DNA of 46,528 nt from a virus (IMGVR_UViG_3300038379_000041:1-46528), one strand, 5' to 3'; shown: positions 10,343 to 19,562, counted from the first letter of the stretch. Translations and numbers: made by a program. The notes: a model not told the origin generated them from the letters alone.

Positions 10343-11256
10343 AAACAGGACGGCGAAAGCCTGTTAAACGGGTTCAGGCCGAAGCGTTAGCCGTGGCTCG
10401 TCGCCCGACGCGGCTCGTCGTGCGGGATCCATCGCGATTGCTGCCGGCGAAGACGGTAGATGACACCGAGGTCGGCAATGACGGCATGCTGATCGGTGCG
10501 CTCGGTAGAGCCACGTTCAAGCTCACGGCCGCGCAAGAGCGCATCCTGAATCGCCCGGTGCCAATCGCCGAAGTACTGATCAAGCCGACAGGGCAGGTCT
10601 ATCTGTCGCACCCGTCGTACACGAAATGGTTTAACGAGGCGTTCGGTCGCGGTCAGTGGGCGCTGGTGCCGAGTGGCAAGCCCGTGGCGAGCGGCAATTC
10701 GGTCAATGTGCCGTACATGCTCTACATCAACGGCACGCCGGCCGCGTTCGCGATGGGCGAGCAGGAATATCACGAGGGCAACAAACAGCAGACGCTCGGC
10801 GACGCCATCGAGGCCACGGCGGCGAGTGGGCTACGGCGATGCGCGAAGCGGCTGGGCGTCGGGCTCGAGCTGTGGGATCGTGCCTGGGCGACGCGGTTCG
10901 TGGCCGAGCACGGCGTCGCCGTGCGCGTGAGCGATGGAAAAGGCACGCGCGTCTGCTGGCGACTCAAGACGGATCCCGCCTTGCGTGGAGAGGTGTCAGT
11001 CCGAGGCACCGCGGTCGCTGACGTGATTGAGGGCCAAGTCGAGCCAGAGCCGGCGTATACCGATCGGACGCGCCAGGACACCATCACGCCCAAGCAAGAG
11101 GGTCGGCTGTTCGCGATCGCGAAGTCGGTCGGGCGGACGCGGAGCGAGATCGAACTGTGGCTGAATCGGACGAGGGGCTATGAACATGCCGGTCAGATTA
11201 AGCGCGCCGAGTATGACAGCATCATCACGCGCATCGAGCAGAAAGGGGCACTGTGA
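10336..11256 (+). CDS. Rad52/Mgm101-like single-strand annealing protein
   Basis: IKPTGQVYLSHPSYTKWFNEAFGRGQWALVP and ASGLRRCAKRLGVGLELWD resemble the Mgm101/Rad52 core. Confidence 0.8.
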   Translation: MSKTGRRKPVKRVQAEALAVARRPTRLVVRDPSRLLPAKTVDDTEVGNDGMLIGALGRATFKLTAAQERILNRPVPIAEVLIKPTGQVYLSHPSYTKWFNEAFGRGQWALVPSGKPVASGNSVNVPYMLYINGTPAAFAMGEQEYHEGNKQQTLGDAIEATAASGLRRCAKRLGVGLELWDRAWATRFVAEHGVAVRVSDGKGTRVCWRLKTDPALRGEVSVRGTAVADVIEGQVEPEPAYTDRTRQDTITPKQEGRLFAIAKSVGRTRSEIELWLNRTRGYEHAGQIKRAEYDSIITRIEQKGAL

Positions 11257-11504
11257 TATTCGATTACAACGATCAGGCGCGCGTCCGCGAGATGGAAGAG
11301 GCGATCGAGCAGGCCATCGAGCGGTTCGCCAGCACGACCGAGGCCGGGCTTGGCGCGATCGCCTGTGCGCGCGTCGCGAAGCGCCTGCTCGCGAAGTATC
11401 GCCGTAAGGACACCCGGAGCCAGCTCGCGCAGGTCATTGTTGACTACCTCGAGGATCGCGAAGCACCGCGATTTGCGAAACTGATGCGGGGCATCTTTAA
11501 TTGA
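11253..11504 (+). CDS. Hypothetical protein
   Basis: GTGA coupling, RBS, helical 83 aa. Confidence 0.6.
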   Translation: MIFDYNDQARVREMEEAIEQAIERFASTTEAGLGAIACARVAKRLLAKYRRKDTRSQLAQVIVDYLEDREAPRFAKLMRGIFN

Positions 11505-12103
11505 AGGCGCCGGCGTCATTCAGGTTCGAGGCCGAAACGCATACGTACTATGATGCGGCCGGGCTTGTCGTGCCGCATATTACGGGCCTGCTCGAGCGCG
11601 GCGGGTGGATCGACGATCGCTGGTACACCGAGGAGAGCAGTGCGCGAGGCCGTCTCGTGCATACCCTGACGGCCGACTACGACCTGGGCGCGGTGGACGT
11701 CGCGACGTGCGTGAGCCGGGGCCGGCCATACTTATTGGCTCACATCGAATGCTTGCGACTCGAGCCACCAACGTTCGAGGAGATCGAGGAACCGTGGGTG
11801 CATCCGGGGCTGAGGTTCGGCGGGCGTCCTGATCGGGCTGGTCGGTTGCGATCCGGCGCGCGGGTTGTATGGGAGATCAAGAGCGGCGCCAAAGCGAAAG
11901 CCCACAGCATCCAGACGGCGCTCCAAGCCATCTTGCTCGAGCAGAAGCACGGACTCCCGGCCGAGATGTGGGTGCGGCTCTGTGAGTACCTCGATCACCG
12001 TGGTCGGTGCAAACTGGTCGATCACAAGGAGACGCAAGCGGCCGACTTCGCGGAAGCGCGCCGCCTGCTGTACCAAGCACGGAGGCAACAATGGGCGAGA
12101 TGA
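11501..12103 (+). CDS. PD-(D/E)XK exonuclease (lambda-exo/Cas4-like family)
   Basis: HTYY...VPHITGLL, RGRLVH, GRPDR, WEIKSG, Q-x3-Q motifs; next to the annealase. Confidence 0.75.
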   Translation: MKAPASFRFEAETHTYYDAAGLVVPHITGLLERGGWIDDRWYTEESSARGRLVHTLTADYDLGAVDVATCVSRGRPYLLAHIECLRLEPPTFEEIEEPWVHPGLRFGGRPDRAGRLRSGARVVWEIKSGAKAKAHSIQTALQAILLEQKHGLPAEMWVRLCEYLDHRGRCKLVDHKETQAADFAEARRLLYQARRQQWAR

Positions 12104-12252
12104 CAGACTTCGTAGCGGTGGCGCTCGTAGCGGTGTGTCTCTTCGTCGGGCTGGGCCTACTGGAAGCCACGTTTCAGCACCTCGATCGCCGCATCGGTGA
12201 AGACGTCGATCGGATGCGGCGATCAGCGAAGCGTGCCGAAGAGGAGGAGTGA
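12091..12252 (+). CDS. Small single-pass membrane protein
   Basis: GGAGG RBS; FVAVALVAVCLFVGLGLL. Confidence 0.5.
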   Translation: MGEMTDFVAVALVAVCLFVGLGLLEATFQHLDRRIGEDVDRMRRSAKRAEEEE

Positions 12253-12254
12253 CC

Positions 12255-12728
12255 ATGAACCCGCAACCCAAGAGCGGCCTGACGCCGAGCCGATTGCGGC
12301 GCCGACGCAGCGGCCGACTGGCTCGGCAGGAGCGCGCGAACAAGGCGCGCGCCCGCCGACGCGATCGACGTTGCCGGTTCCCGCTTTGCCCGTGTGCGGG
12401 CTACGGCTTGGCGCTCGAGGTGAGCCATCTCGTGCACAAAGGTATGGGAGGCGATCCAACCGGCGAGCGATCACAGCCCGAGGGCATGGTGCTGCTCTGC
12501 CACTGGCGGCATAAAGAGAGCCGGTGGTCAATCGACAAAGGGACGCTGCGGTGGCGCCCGCTCACTGACCGCGGCGCCGATGGCCTAATCGCCTGGGATA
12601 TTAAAGCGATGGGTCACTGGCTTGAGTTGGCGAAAGAGGTGCCGCCTTGCGGTATCGATCGTACCGACTTAGCCGGCGGCGCGGTTCTGGATTTCCTGAC
12701 TGAGGAGTTGACCCGTCATTGGGGGTAA
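12255..12728 (+). CDS. HNH-like Zn-binding endonuclease
   Basis: RDRRCRFPLC...LEVSHLVHKGMGG...MVLLCHWRH; GAGGAG RBS. Confidence 0.7.
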   Translation: MNPQPKSGLTPSRLRRRRSGRLARQERANKARARRRDRRCRFPLCPCAGYGLALEVSHLVHKGMGGDPTGERSQPEGMVLLCHWRHKESRWSIDKGTLRWRPLTDRGADGLIAWDIKAMGHWLELAKEVPPCGIDRTDLAGGAVLDFLTEELTRHWG

Positions 12729-12760
12729 TTGTTGACAACAATTCAGGGCCGTGCTACGAT
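12727..12760 (+). promoter_or_regulatory. Sigma70-type promoter with a perfect palindromic operator
   Basis: TTGACA 12732-12737, 17 bp, TGc-TACGAT 12752-12760; AATTGTTG-A-CAACAATT at 12727-12743. Confidence 0.8.
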
Positions 12761-12782
12761 CTCGGCAAGGAGGGTAAGACCA

Positions 12783-13019
12783 ATGGCGTTCGCAATCGCG
12801 TACACCAAGCCGGGGACAACGCTCACATTCTGGCTCAACAGGCATTGGAGTGGCTGGGTCATTTGGAGCCTTGTTCGAACACAGGAGAAGGATCGGTGCA
12901 GTGATCAGAGGTGGACTCAGCCGGCGCTGAGATTCGGCTCGGAGGCCGAGGCCCAGGCATTCATCGCCAAAGAGTTGGCAAACAACAAGGACGCGCGAGT
13001 GATGCAGGTAGACGATTAA
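12783..13019 (+). CDS. Hypothetical protein (Trp-rich, 78 aa)
   Basis: AAGGAGG RBS before ATG 12783, just after the promoter. Confidence 0.65.
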   Translation: MAFAIAYTKPGTTLTFWLNRHWSGWVIWSLVRTQEKDRCSDQRWTQPALRFGSEAEAQAFIAKELANNKDARVMQVDD

Positions 13020-13028
13020 AAACAAGGG

Positions 13029-13427
13029 GTGGCTAGAATGACCGAGATTAAGACACAGGATTTTTTCGATCGGGCAATGGCGGCGATGACGCTGAGGCCC
13101 GATATTGTTCGCACGGAGGTCAGTGTGCTTCGAGATATCGACGCCTATGGCAACACACAAACCTTCACTGTGCAGACGTTCCGAGCGGAGGGCGGAACCG
13201 ACGCGAAGGGGCGACGGTCGCCTGCGCAGGACACGGTCTTTATTGAGCACACGAGCGCAGAGCACGGGTTCCGGCGGTTCGTGTTGCTCCCAAAGGTGGC
13301 CGATATCGTCGCGCGGCAACGCGAGACGACGGCGACGAAGATGCGGAGGCGCGGCGCCGCAAAGGCGAAAGAGACAAAGGCGGCGAAGCTGGGCTTCGCG
13401 CCGGCCGAGCCAGATCCACGCGACTAA
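13029..13427 (+). CDS. Hypothetical protein with basic C-terminus
   Basis: Open frame in the operon; start 13029 (GTG) or 13038 (ATG). Confidence 0.6.
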   Translation: MARMTEIKTQDFFDRAMAAMTLRPDIVRTEVSVLRDIDAYGNTQTFTVQTFRAEGGTDAKGRRSPAQDTVFIEHTSAEHGFRRFVLLPKVADIVARQRETTATKMRRRGAAKAKETKAAKLGFAPAEPDPRD

Positions 13428-13442
13428 CCAAAGGGGTGAGGA

Positions 13443-14396
13443 ATGGCAAAGACAAAGACGGTTCCGGTATCGGCGGGTGACACGTTCGAGCTGACGATCA
13501 CGCCGAGCGAGGAGGGCCGGCAGGCGCCGGCGCTGATCAAACAGGCACAGACCATTGCGATCGTCGATAAGGCATCGCACGAGCGCGGGCTCGAGTTACT
13601 CAGCGGGTGGAAGGGGCTCAAGCGGCTCGCCGCCGAGCACTGGAAAAAAATCAAACAACCCGTGGATCAGCTCAAGAAGAACCTACTCGAGCAGGAGCGA
13701 CGGGATATCGGGCCGATGGACGAGGCCATCGCCGTGCTCGAGCGCAAGTGTCTCGACTTCGCCGCAGCCGAACGGCAACGGGCTGAGCGCCAGGCGCGCG
13801 AGGAGCAGCAGGCACGCGAGCGCGCGGCATTGCGCGAACGTGAACGCCAGCAGCAGGAGGCCGAGGCCAAGGCGACCGAGCTGGAAAGTCAATCCGAGAA
13901 CCTGAGTGCTCGAGAGCTATGGTTCGTGACGAAGTGGGTGGAGCGGCTTCCGGCGGTGACGGCGCCAGTGAACGCCGGCGCGAAGCAGGTGCTCGGGAAC
14001 ATCTGCCGAGAAGCGGGCTATAAGGATCCCGAGGCCGCAGTCGAGCGGCTCCTTAACTCGGTCAAGATCATGAACGCGGTCGCCGCGAGACGGCAGGCGA
14101 TCGAGATCAGGCAGCAAGCCGCGGCCAGGGCAACCGAACCGATCGATACGGGCGAGCCTGCCGAGGTGTTACCGCAGTTGGGCTATCGGGCGGGCATGAG
14201 CACGCGCACGTACGTCAGTGCAGAGATCATTGACGCCGGCGCCGTGGTCGCGGCGCTGGTCGCGCGGGGTGAGTTGGACGGGCTTGAACCCGTGCAGAGG
14301 TACCTCACCGACAAGGCCAAGTCCATGCCACGGGATCGGTTCGAGTCCGCGTATCCGGGGGCTCGCTACCGCGTGCGGGAGGGGATCGCCGGATGA
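13443..14396 (+). CDS. Coiled-coil early protein with an embedded TerS-like helix-turn-helix segment
   Basis: Long E/R/Q/A coiled coil; segment LSARELWFV...EAGYKDPEAAVERLLNSVKI resembles this phage's TerS N-terminus. Confidence 0.65.
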   Translation: MAKTKTVPVSAGDTFELTITPSEEGRQAPALIKQAQTIAIVDKASHERGLELLSGWKGLKRLAAEHWKKIKQPVDQLKKNLLEQERRDIGPMDEAIAVLERKCLDFAAAERQRAERQAREEQQARERAALRERERQQQEAEAKATELESQSENLSARELWFVTKWVERLPAVTAPVNAGAKQVLGNICREAGYKDPEAAVERLLNSVKIMNAVAARRQAIEIRQQAAARATEPIDTGEPAEVLPQLGYRAGMSTRTYVSAEIIDAGAVVAALVARGELDGLEPVQRYLTDKAKSMPRDRFESAYPGARYRVREGIAG

Positions 14397-16270
14397 GCGC
14401 GCCGACCCTGCGGCCGTATCAGACGGCCACACTCGACGCGATCGCGCAGTCCGTGGCGGCTGGGCGCCGGCGCCTGTTGATCAAGAAGCCGACAGGCACC
14501 GGCAAGACGGTGACGTTTGCCGAGTTGTTGAAGACGCCGGCGCTCGCCGAGTGGCTCAGCCAATTCCCGCCGGGTGAACGCAAGATGCTCGTGATCGCCC
14601 ATCGGCAGGAGTTGCTCGAGCAGGCGCGCGAGAAGATCGAGCGGGCCAACCGCGGCGCCGTCGTCATGATCGAGCAAGCGGGTTCGCACGCGAGTCGCTA
14701 CAGTGATGTCGTCGTCGCGTCTATCCAGACGCTCCAAGCGGGCAACTTCAAGCGCCTGAAGCGGCTGATGACGTGGCATCGCTTCCGCGTGGTCGTGATT
14801 GACGAGGCTCATCATGCGGCGGCACCGACATACCGGACGGCTCTCGCGCTGCTCGGGTTCCTGCCACCGGCCGCGGCGGCGGACGAGCACGATATCGAGG
14901 CAGCGACCGAGGCCGACGTCGAGAAGATGGAGGCGGCACTTCGCACCTGGGATCAGGTGTCGCCCAAAGATCGCCTACTCGTCGGTGTGACGGCGACGCC
15001 GAACCGATCCGACGCGATCGGGCTCGGGTGTGTGTTCCAAGAGCTGACATACAACTACGCACTCAAACAGGCCATTGATGACGGGTGGCTCGTGCCGATC
15101 GTGCCGTGGGTGGTCGAGACAGAGGTGTCGCTCGACGCGGTGCGATTACAGCGCGGCGACTTCAATCAGAAGCAGCTCGGCGAGGCCGTCAACGTGGACG
15201 CGCGCAACCGGCTCGCCGTCGAGGCCTGGCACCAGTATGGCGCCGGCATGCCAACAATCGCGTTCACGGTCAACGTTGAGCACGCGCATGCGCTCGCCGG
15301 GGAGTTTCGCGGCGCCGGCATCCGCGCGATGGCGCTGAGTGGCGAGACGCCCAAGGAAGAGCGCCGCGAGATTTTGCGCGCGTTCGGCGAGGGCCAACTC
15401 GAGGTGTTGACCAACTGCATGGTGCTCACCGAAGGGACAGACCTGCCAATGGCGGCGTGTATCCTCCACGCCAAGCCGACAAAGAGCGCGACGCTCTACG
15501 AGCAGATGACCGGCCGCGGACTGCGGCCGTTACCGGGCGATCCAGTCGGGCCCGATCGGGCGACGGCACCGATGGCTGCGTTCCGTAAGCCGCATTGCAT
15601 TGTCATCGATCTGGTCGATATCGCGCGCAAACACTCGCTCGCCACGGCGCCGATGCTCTACGGGCTCCCACCAGGACTCGCGGTGAACGGCATGGATCTC
15701 CGCGAGGCCGACGAACGGCTCGAGAAACTTAAAGCGGAGTATCCCAACATCAACATCGACGGCGCTCTGGCGCAGCAGCGGTATTCGCTTGAGCAGCTCG
15801 AGGTGCGGGCCAGCACATTCGACATCTGGAAGATGGAGGATCTCGGCGACCTGACTGCCGGGTTGCGGATGCGTTGGATAAAGGTCGGCGTGGATCGCTA
15901 TGCCCTCCAATACCCCTGGGCGGACGGCTACGAAACGCTGTGCGTGGAGGCGGATCTCCTGGGTAAGTACTCCATCAGCACGACGCTGCGGCCGGGCAAT
16001 CGGATCGAGCGGCACAGCGTCCGTCAGCACACGATCGGGCATGATCTCCCCACGGCGCGCGCCGCACTGACGATGGCCGAAGTCTGGATGTTCACGAACC
16101 GGCATTCAATGACCAAACTCAAGGACTCCGGGGCGGCGTGGCGCCAGAAGCCGATGTCGCCGGGGCAACTCGCATATCTCCGCAAACTCGGCGCGCCCAT
16201 CAAGGCGGGGCTCACGGCGGGCGAGGCGTCCGACCTGATCGAGTTAGGCAAGCAACGCCGCGGCCGTTGA
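14393..16270 (+). CDS. Superfamily II DExH helicase (Irc3/ResIII-like)
   Basis: LRPYQ Q-motif, PTGTGKT, DEAHHA, TATP, LTEGTD, EQMTGRGLR. Confidence 0.9.
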   Translation: MSAPTLRPYQTATLDAIAQSVAAGRRRLLIKKPTGTGKTVTFAELLKTPALAEWLSQFPPGERKMLVIAHRQELLEQAREKIERANRGAVVMIEQAGSHASRYSDVVVASIQTLQAGNFKRLKRLMTWHRFRVVVIDEAHHAAAPTYRTALALLGFLPPAAAADEHDIEAATEADVEKMEAALRTWDQVSPKDRLLVGVTATPNRSDAIGLGCVFQELTYNYALKQAIDDGWLVPIVPWVVETEVSLDAVRLQRGDFNQKQLGEAVNVDARNRLAVEAWHQYGAGMPTIAFTVNVEHAHALAGEFRGAGIRAMALSGETPKEERREILRAFGEGQLEVLTNCMVLTEGTDLPMAACILHAKPTKSATLYEQMTGRGLRPLPGDPVGPDRATAPMAAFRKPHCIVIDLVDIARKHSLATAPMLYGLPPGLAVNGMDLREADERLEKLKAEYPNINIDGALAQQRYSLEQLEVRASTFDIWKMEDLGDLTAGLRMRWIKVGVDRYALQYPWADGYETLCVEADLLGKYSISTTLRPGNRIERHSVRQHTIGHDLPTARAALTMAEVWMFTNRHSMTKLKDSGAAWRQKPMSPGQLAYLRKLGAPIKAGLTAGEASDLIELGKQRRGR

Positions 16271-16296
16271 TTTTTATGGAGGGCGTACTGTAGACT
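16267..16296 (+). promoter_or_regulatory. Possible sigma70 promoter
   Basis: TTGATT 16267-16272, 18 bp, TAGACT 16291-16296. Confidence 0.4.
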
Positions 16297-16305
16297 CGCG
16301 CACGC

Positions 16306-16337
16306 GGCTCGGCGACTGTTCAACCAGTCGCCGAGCC
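16306..16337. repeat. Perfect 13-bp inverted repeat (hairpin)
   Basis: GGCTCGGCGACTG-ttcaac-CAGTCGCCGAGCC. Confidence 0.85.
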
Positions 16338-16780
16338 AGCAAGGCCGTGGTGGCTCACGGACAACTTGCGACGACTATTCTAGCCGTCCCGACACGTCCC
16401 AAACAAGCCGCGGCCGTTCCGTCCTGTGTCTCACATAGGGGCACTTGCCAGGTCTTTGGGCCTTTTTCAAAGGCCCGCAACCTGGGCGGATGCGTGGCCG
16501 GGGTGGGGGTGGGGCTGGTCGGCCAGGAGGCCAGCGAGAAGGCCACACAGACGCGCGGCGGCGCTTAACTCGACCGACGACGACCGAGACCCTATACGGC
16601 ATCGTCACCGCTCCTAGAGCCTCTAATAAGGGCCGGAAGGGTGATGCCGGCAGGGGGGAGGGAGGCCCGAAGGGAGGGGGGAGGAGCCTGTAGCCGGAGG
16701 CACGGATTGGCTACTCGGAACACAGCATGACCGACGCCGGACGGGTTCATTCGGCACCACAACCAACAGGAGGTAGATCA

Positions 16781-17185
16781 ATGAGCACCGACACGACCGC
16801 CAAACGCCGCATCATCACCCTGACCAACCATTCGCCCGTCACGATCCGCGAGGCTGAGTGGCCCATCATCGCATCCGCAGCCGGAGATAGTTGGCTCGGC
16901 GGGGATCACGGGCGCCACCATCAAGCGAAGCTGCAAGGCGAGATCGATGAGTACACCCTGATCGTCCGTCAGCACGCAGATGGCCGGGCGCTCGTCTATG
17001 GCGTCGTGGATGCCGCCCTTGCCGCGTGGGGCGCCCCCGCTCGTGGCGAGTCGTGGCGCGGCGGGGAACTGCTCGACGCGGACTCAGATCGCGCCCGAGC
17101 GATTCGCCGCGTAGGCGAGGCCGGCGGACTACCCGATGCCATCATCCGTGCGTGCATCGCAGATCTGCCAGCGGTTGAGATCTAG
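16781..17185 (+). CDS. Hypothetical protein
   Basis: AGGAGGT RBS before ATG 16781. Confidence 0.7.
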   Translation: MSTDTTAKRRIITLTNHSPVTIREAEWPIIASAAGDSWLGGDHGRHHQAKLQGEIDEYTLIVRQHADGRALVYGVVDAALAAWGAPARGESWRGGELLDADSDRARAIRRVGEAGGLPDAIIRACIADLPAVEI

Positions 17186-17221
17186 GCGACAACTGTTAAA
17201 CAAATCACAAAAAAGGGTGGG

Positions 17222-17677
17222 GTGATGAGCGACGTCAAGGGCCAGGTCACGCGCATCGTCAGGAGGATGGCTGACGAATGGGCCGCGTTCAAGGCGAAAC
17301 AGGACGCCGGGCTCGCTGAGTTGGACAACCTACTCAGCGGCGGCATCGGCATCGGCGAGAAACTGAAACATATCGAAGGCGAGTTTGCGGCGGCGCATGC
17401 CTCTCGGTACCGGGGCGCCTACGTCTTCGACTTCAAGGTCGATCGGGCGCAGATGAAACGGCTGCTCAACGAGGGGCTGACCCACGAGGAGATCGGGCGT
17501 CGCGCGTGGCGTTATGTGCGGAGCGACGAACCGGGGCTCGTACGGAGTCGGCATCCGTTCCAGTGGTTCGTGAGGGCCATCAACCAGTACGCCGGGGACG
17601 ATCAGGCACCACATGACTGCCGGCACACGCCGGCCTGTGCGACGGAGGCGGAATGCACGGCACGGCGAGCGCGGTAA
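17222..17677 (+). CDS. Hypothetical replication-module protein (possible initiator/loader) with Cys/His tail
   Basis: Directly upstream of and overlapping dnaB; HDCRHTPACATEAEC tail; function inferred from position only. Confidence 0.5.
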   Translation: MMSDVKGQVTRIVRRMADEWAAFKAKQDAGLAELDNLLSGGIGIGEKLKHIEGEFAAAHASRYRGAYVFDFKVDRAQMKRLLNEGLTHEEIGRRAWRYVRSDEPGLVRSRHPFQWFVRAINQYAGDDQAPHDCRHTPACATEAECTARRAR

Positions 17678-19050
17678 TCGAGCGGCGCCTGCCGCATAAC
17701 CTCGAGGCTGAGCGGGCGGTGCTGGGCGCGATCATGATCGAGAATAGTGCGCTCTACGTGGCGGCGACGCGGCTCACGCCGGCGGATTTCTTTCGCGCGG
17801 CGCACCGGGAACTGTTTGCGCTCTTTCTCAAGATGGCCGAAGGACACCAAGAGATCGACCTTGTGACAGTCCACAATCACCTAGCCGCACAGGGCAGGCT
17901 TGACGAGATCGGCGGGCCGGCGTACGTGGCGTCACTGGTCGATGGCGTACCGCGATCGTCCAACATCGATCACTACGCGGACATCGTGCGCGAGAAGTCG
18001 GCGCTGCGGCAGATCATCATGGTCGGCAATCGGGCGATCGGCCTGGCCTATGAGGGTGATCAGTCGGCTGAGGACGTGCTACAGGCGATCGAGGAGGCAC
18101 TATTTGAAGTGCGGGGGCGGCGCGCCGGCGAACTGATTGCGGTATGCGAGGGCATCGCGGAGTTATATCGCGATCTCGAGTGGCTCGATCAACATCCGGG
18201 GGAACTGACCGGGATCAGCACGGGGCACGAGAACCTCGATCAGATCACACATGGCTTGCAACGCGGCGACATGATCATCGTGGCGGCGCGGCCGTCAGTG
18301 GGCAAGACGGCGCTCGCGCTTGAGTGGGCGAAGTCGATCGGCCAGGCCGGCAAGGGGCGTGTCGCGTTTTTCTCGCTCGAGATGCGGCGGAAGCAACTCG
18401 AGCGACGCTTGCTCGCGAACATCAGCGGCGTCGATCTGGCACGGATTCTCAAGGGCGGTACCGCGCTCGGGGCAATGGACTGGAAGGCGATCGCACAAGC
18501 CCAGGAGATCATCGCGGAATTGCCGATCTGGATTGACGACACGGCCACGCGAACCGTGTGGGACATCCGCGCGGCGTGCCGGCGGCTGCAAAGCGGGCCG
18601 GGCGGGCTAGCCGCCGTGATCGTCGATTATATTCAACTGATGGGTGCCGAGGGCCAGCGGCGCCGTGGCGAGAACCGCACACAGGAACTCTCGGATGTGT
18701 CACGGCGGCTCAAGGTGTTGGCCGGCGAGCTGCATGTGCCGATGGTGGTGTTGTCGCAACTGGTGCGGCTCGAGACCAACGAACGGCCGCGCATGCACCA
18801 TCTACGCGAGTCGGGTTCGCTCGAGCAGGATGCGGACATCGTTGCCCTGCTGTACGCGCCGAAAGGACACCAAGCGTCGGGGCTGCGAGAGGTCATCATC
18901 GACAAACAGAGAAACGGGCCGACCGGGGTGGTCTATCTCAACATGGAGCGGGAAACGGGCCGCTTCGTCGAGGTGGTGCCGGATCCAGTGAAGGAGGCGC
19001 CAGTCGAAGGGGCCAAGCCGCGCCGGCGACGGTCGCCGGCGCGCTGGTAA
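17653..19050 (+). CDS. dnaB: Replicative DNA helicase DnaB
   Basis: LPHNLEAERAVLG N-domain, AARPSVGKT Walker A, FFSLEM, IVDYIQLM, LSQL, LRESGSLEQDADIV, KQRNGPTG. Confidence 0.95.
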   Translation: MHGTASAVIERRLPHNLEAERAVLGAIMIENSALYVAATRLTPADFFRAAHRELFALFLKMAEGHQEIDLVTVHNHLAAQGRLDEIGGPAYVASLVDGVPRSSNIDHYADIVREKSALRQIIMVGNRAIGLAYEGDQSAEDVLQAIEEALFEVRGRRAGELIAVCEGIAELYRDLEWLDQHPGELTGISTGHENLDQITHGLQRGDMIIVAARPSVGKTALALEWAKSIGQAGKGRVAFFSLEMRRKQLERRLLANISGVDLARILKGGTALGAMDWKAIAQAQEIIAELPIWIDDTATRTVWDIRAACRRLQSGPGGLAAVIVDYIQLMGAEGQRRRGENRTQELSDVSRRLKVLAGELHVPMVVLSQLVRLETNERPRMHHLRESGSLEQDADIVALLYAPKGHQASGLREVIIDKQRNGPTGVVYLNMERETGRFVEVVPDPVKEAPVEGAKPRRRRSPARW

Positions 19051-19057
19051 ACGAGAC

Positions 19058-19074
19058 GATTGTTGGCTACAATT
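19058..19074. promoter_or_regulatory. Third, degenerate copy of the palindromic operator
   Basis: GATTGTTGGCTACAATT, 14/17 identical to the 12727 palindrome; intergenic; contains a TACAAT -10-like hexamer. Confidence 0.55.
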
Positions 19075-19082
19075 CGACGGGG

Positions 19083-19562
19083 GTGAGGGTGCGGACATAC
19101 ATCGGCATCGATCCGGGCGTCAACGGCGGGGTGGCCGTGATCACCGGCGCGCGGGTGGTGCTGTTTGCCAAACGCATGCCAGCGACCGGGCGCGATCTCT
19201 TAGACGCGCTCGAGCGCTACGGCGTCCGATCGCCCTACACGAGTACTGCGATCCTTGAGCGCGTCGGGCCGAGCCCGGTCATGAGCCGCGCGTCGGCGTT
19301 CGTCTTCGGCCGCATGGTGGAACAGGCTCGCATGGCGCTTCTCGGGAACCGCATCTCATTCGACGAAGTGACCGCGCAGAAGTGGCAGGCTGCGATCGGC
19401 GCGCGCACCGGCGGCGTCATCGGCCGGCGACGGCCGGACAAGAACGTCACCAAGCGCAAGGCGCAAGCGTTATTTCCAGGCATCGCAGTGACGCACGCGA
19501 TCGCGGACGCCCTGCTGTTGGCCGAATACTGTCGGCGCGTTAACGGAGGCACAACCAGGTGA
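19083..19562 (+). CDS. RuvC-like Holliday junction resolvase
   Basis: YIGIDPG, ILERVG, AFVFG, QKWQ, DK...K, ADALLLAEY; true start near 19083, not 18558. Confidence 0.85.
   Translation: MRVRTYIGIDPGVNGGVAVITGARVVLFAKRMPATGRDLLDALERYGVRSPYTSTAILERVGPSPVMSRASAFVFGRMVEQARMALLGNRISFDEVTAQKWQAAIGARTGGVIGRRRPDKNVTKRKAQALFPGIAVTHAIADALLLAEYCRRVNGGTTR

Noticed and set aside
16445-16693. Gly/Arg-rich ORF as a replication initiator
   Set aside because: TTG start without RBS, low complexity and no recognisable domain
17190-17207. AACTGTTAAACAAATC as a fourth operator
   Set aside because: Only about 9/17 match with different symmetry spacing
19021-19041. Inverted repeat CGCCGGCGAC-G-GTCGCCGGCG at the dnaB 3' end as a terminator
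   Set aside because: Inside coding sequence, no U-tract, plausible by chance at this GC content
18558-19082. 334-aa extended RuvC ORF overlapping dnaB
   Set aside because: The extension is an off-frame read of dnaB; RuvC motif I (YIGIDPG) starts after the dnaB stop
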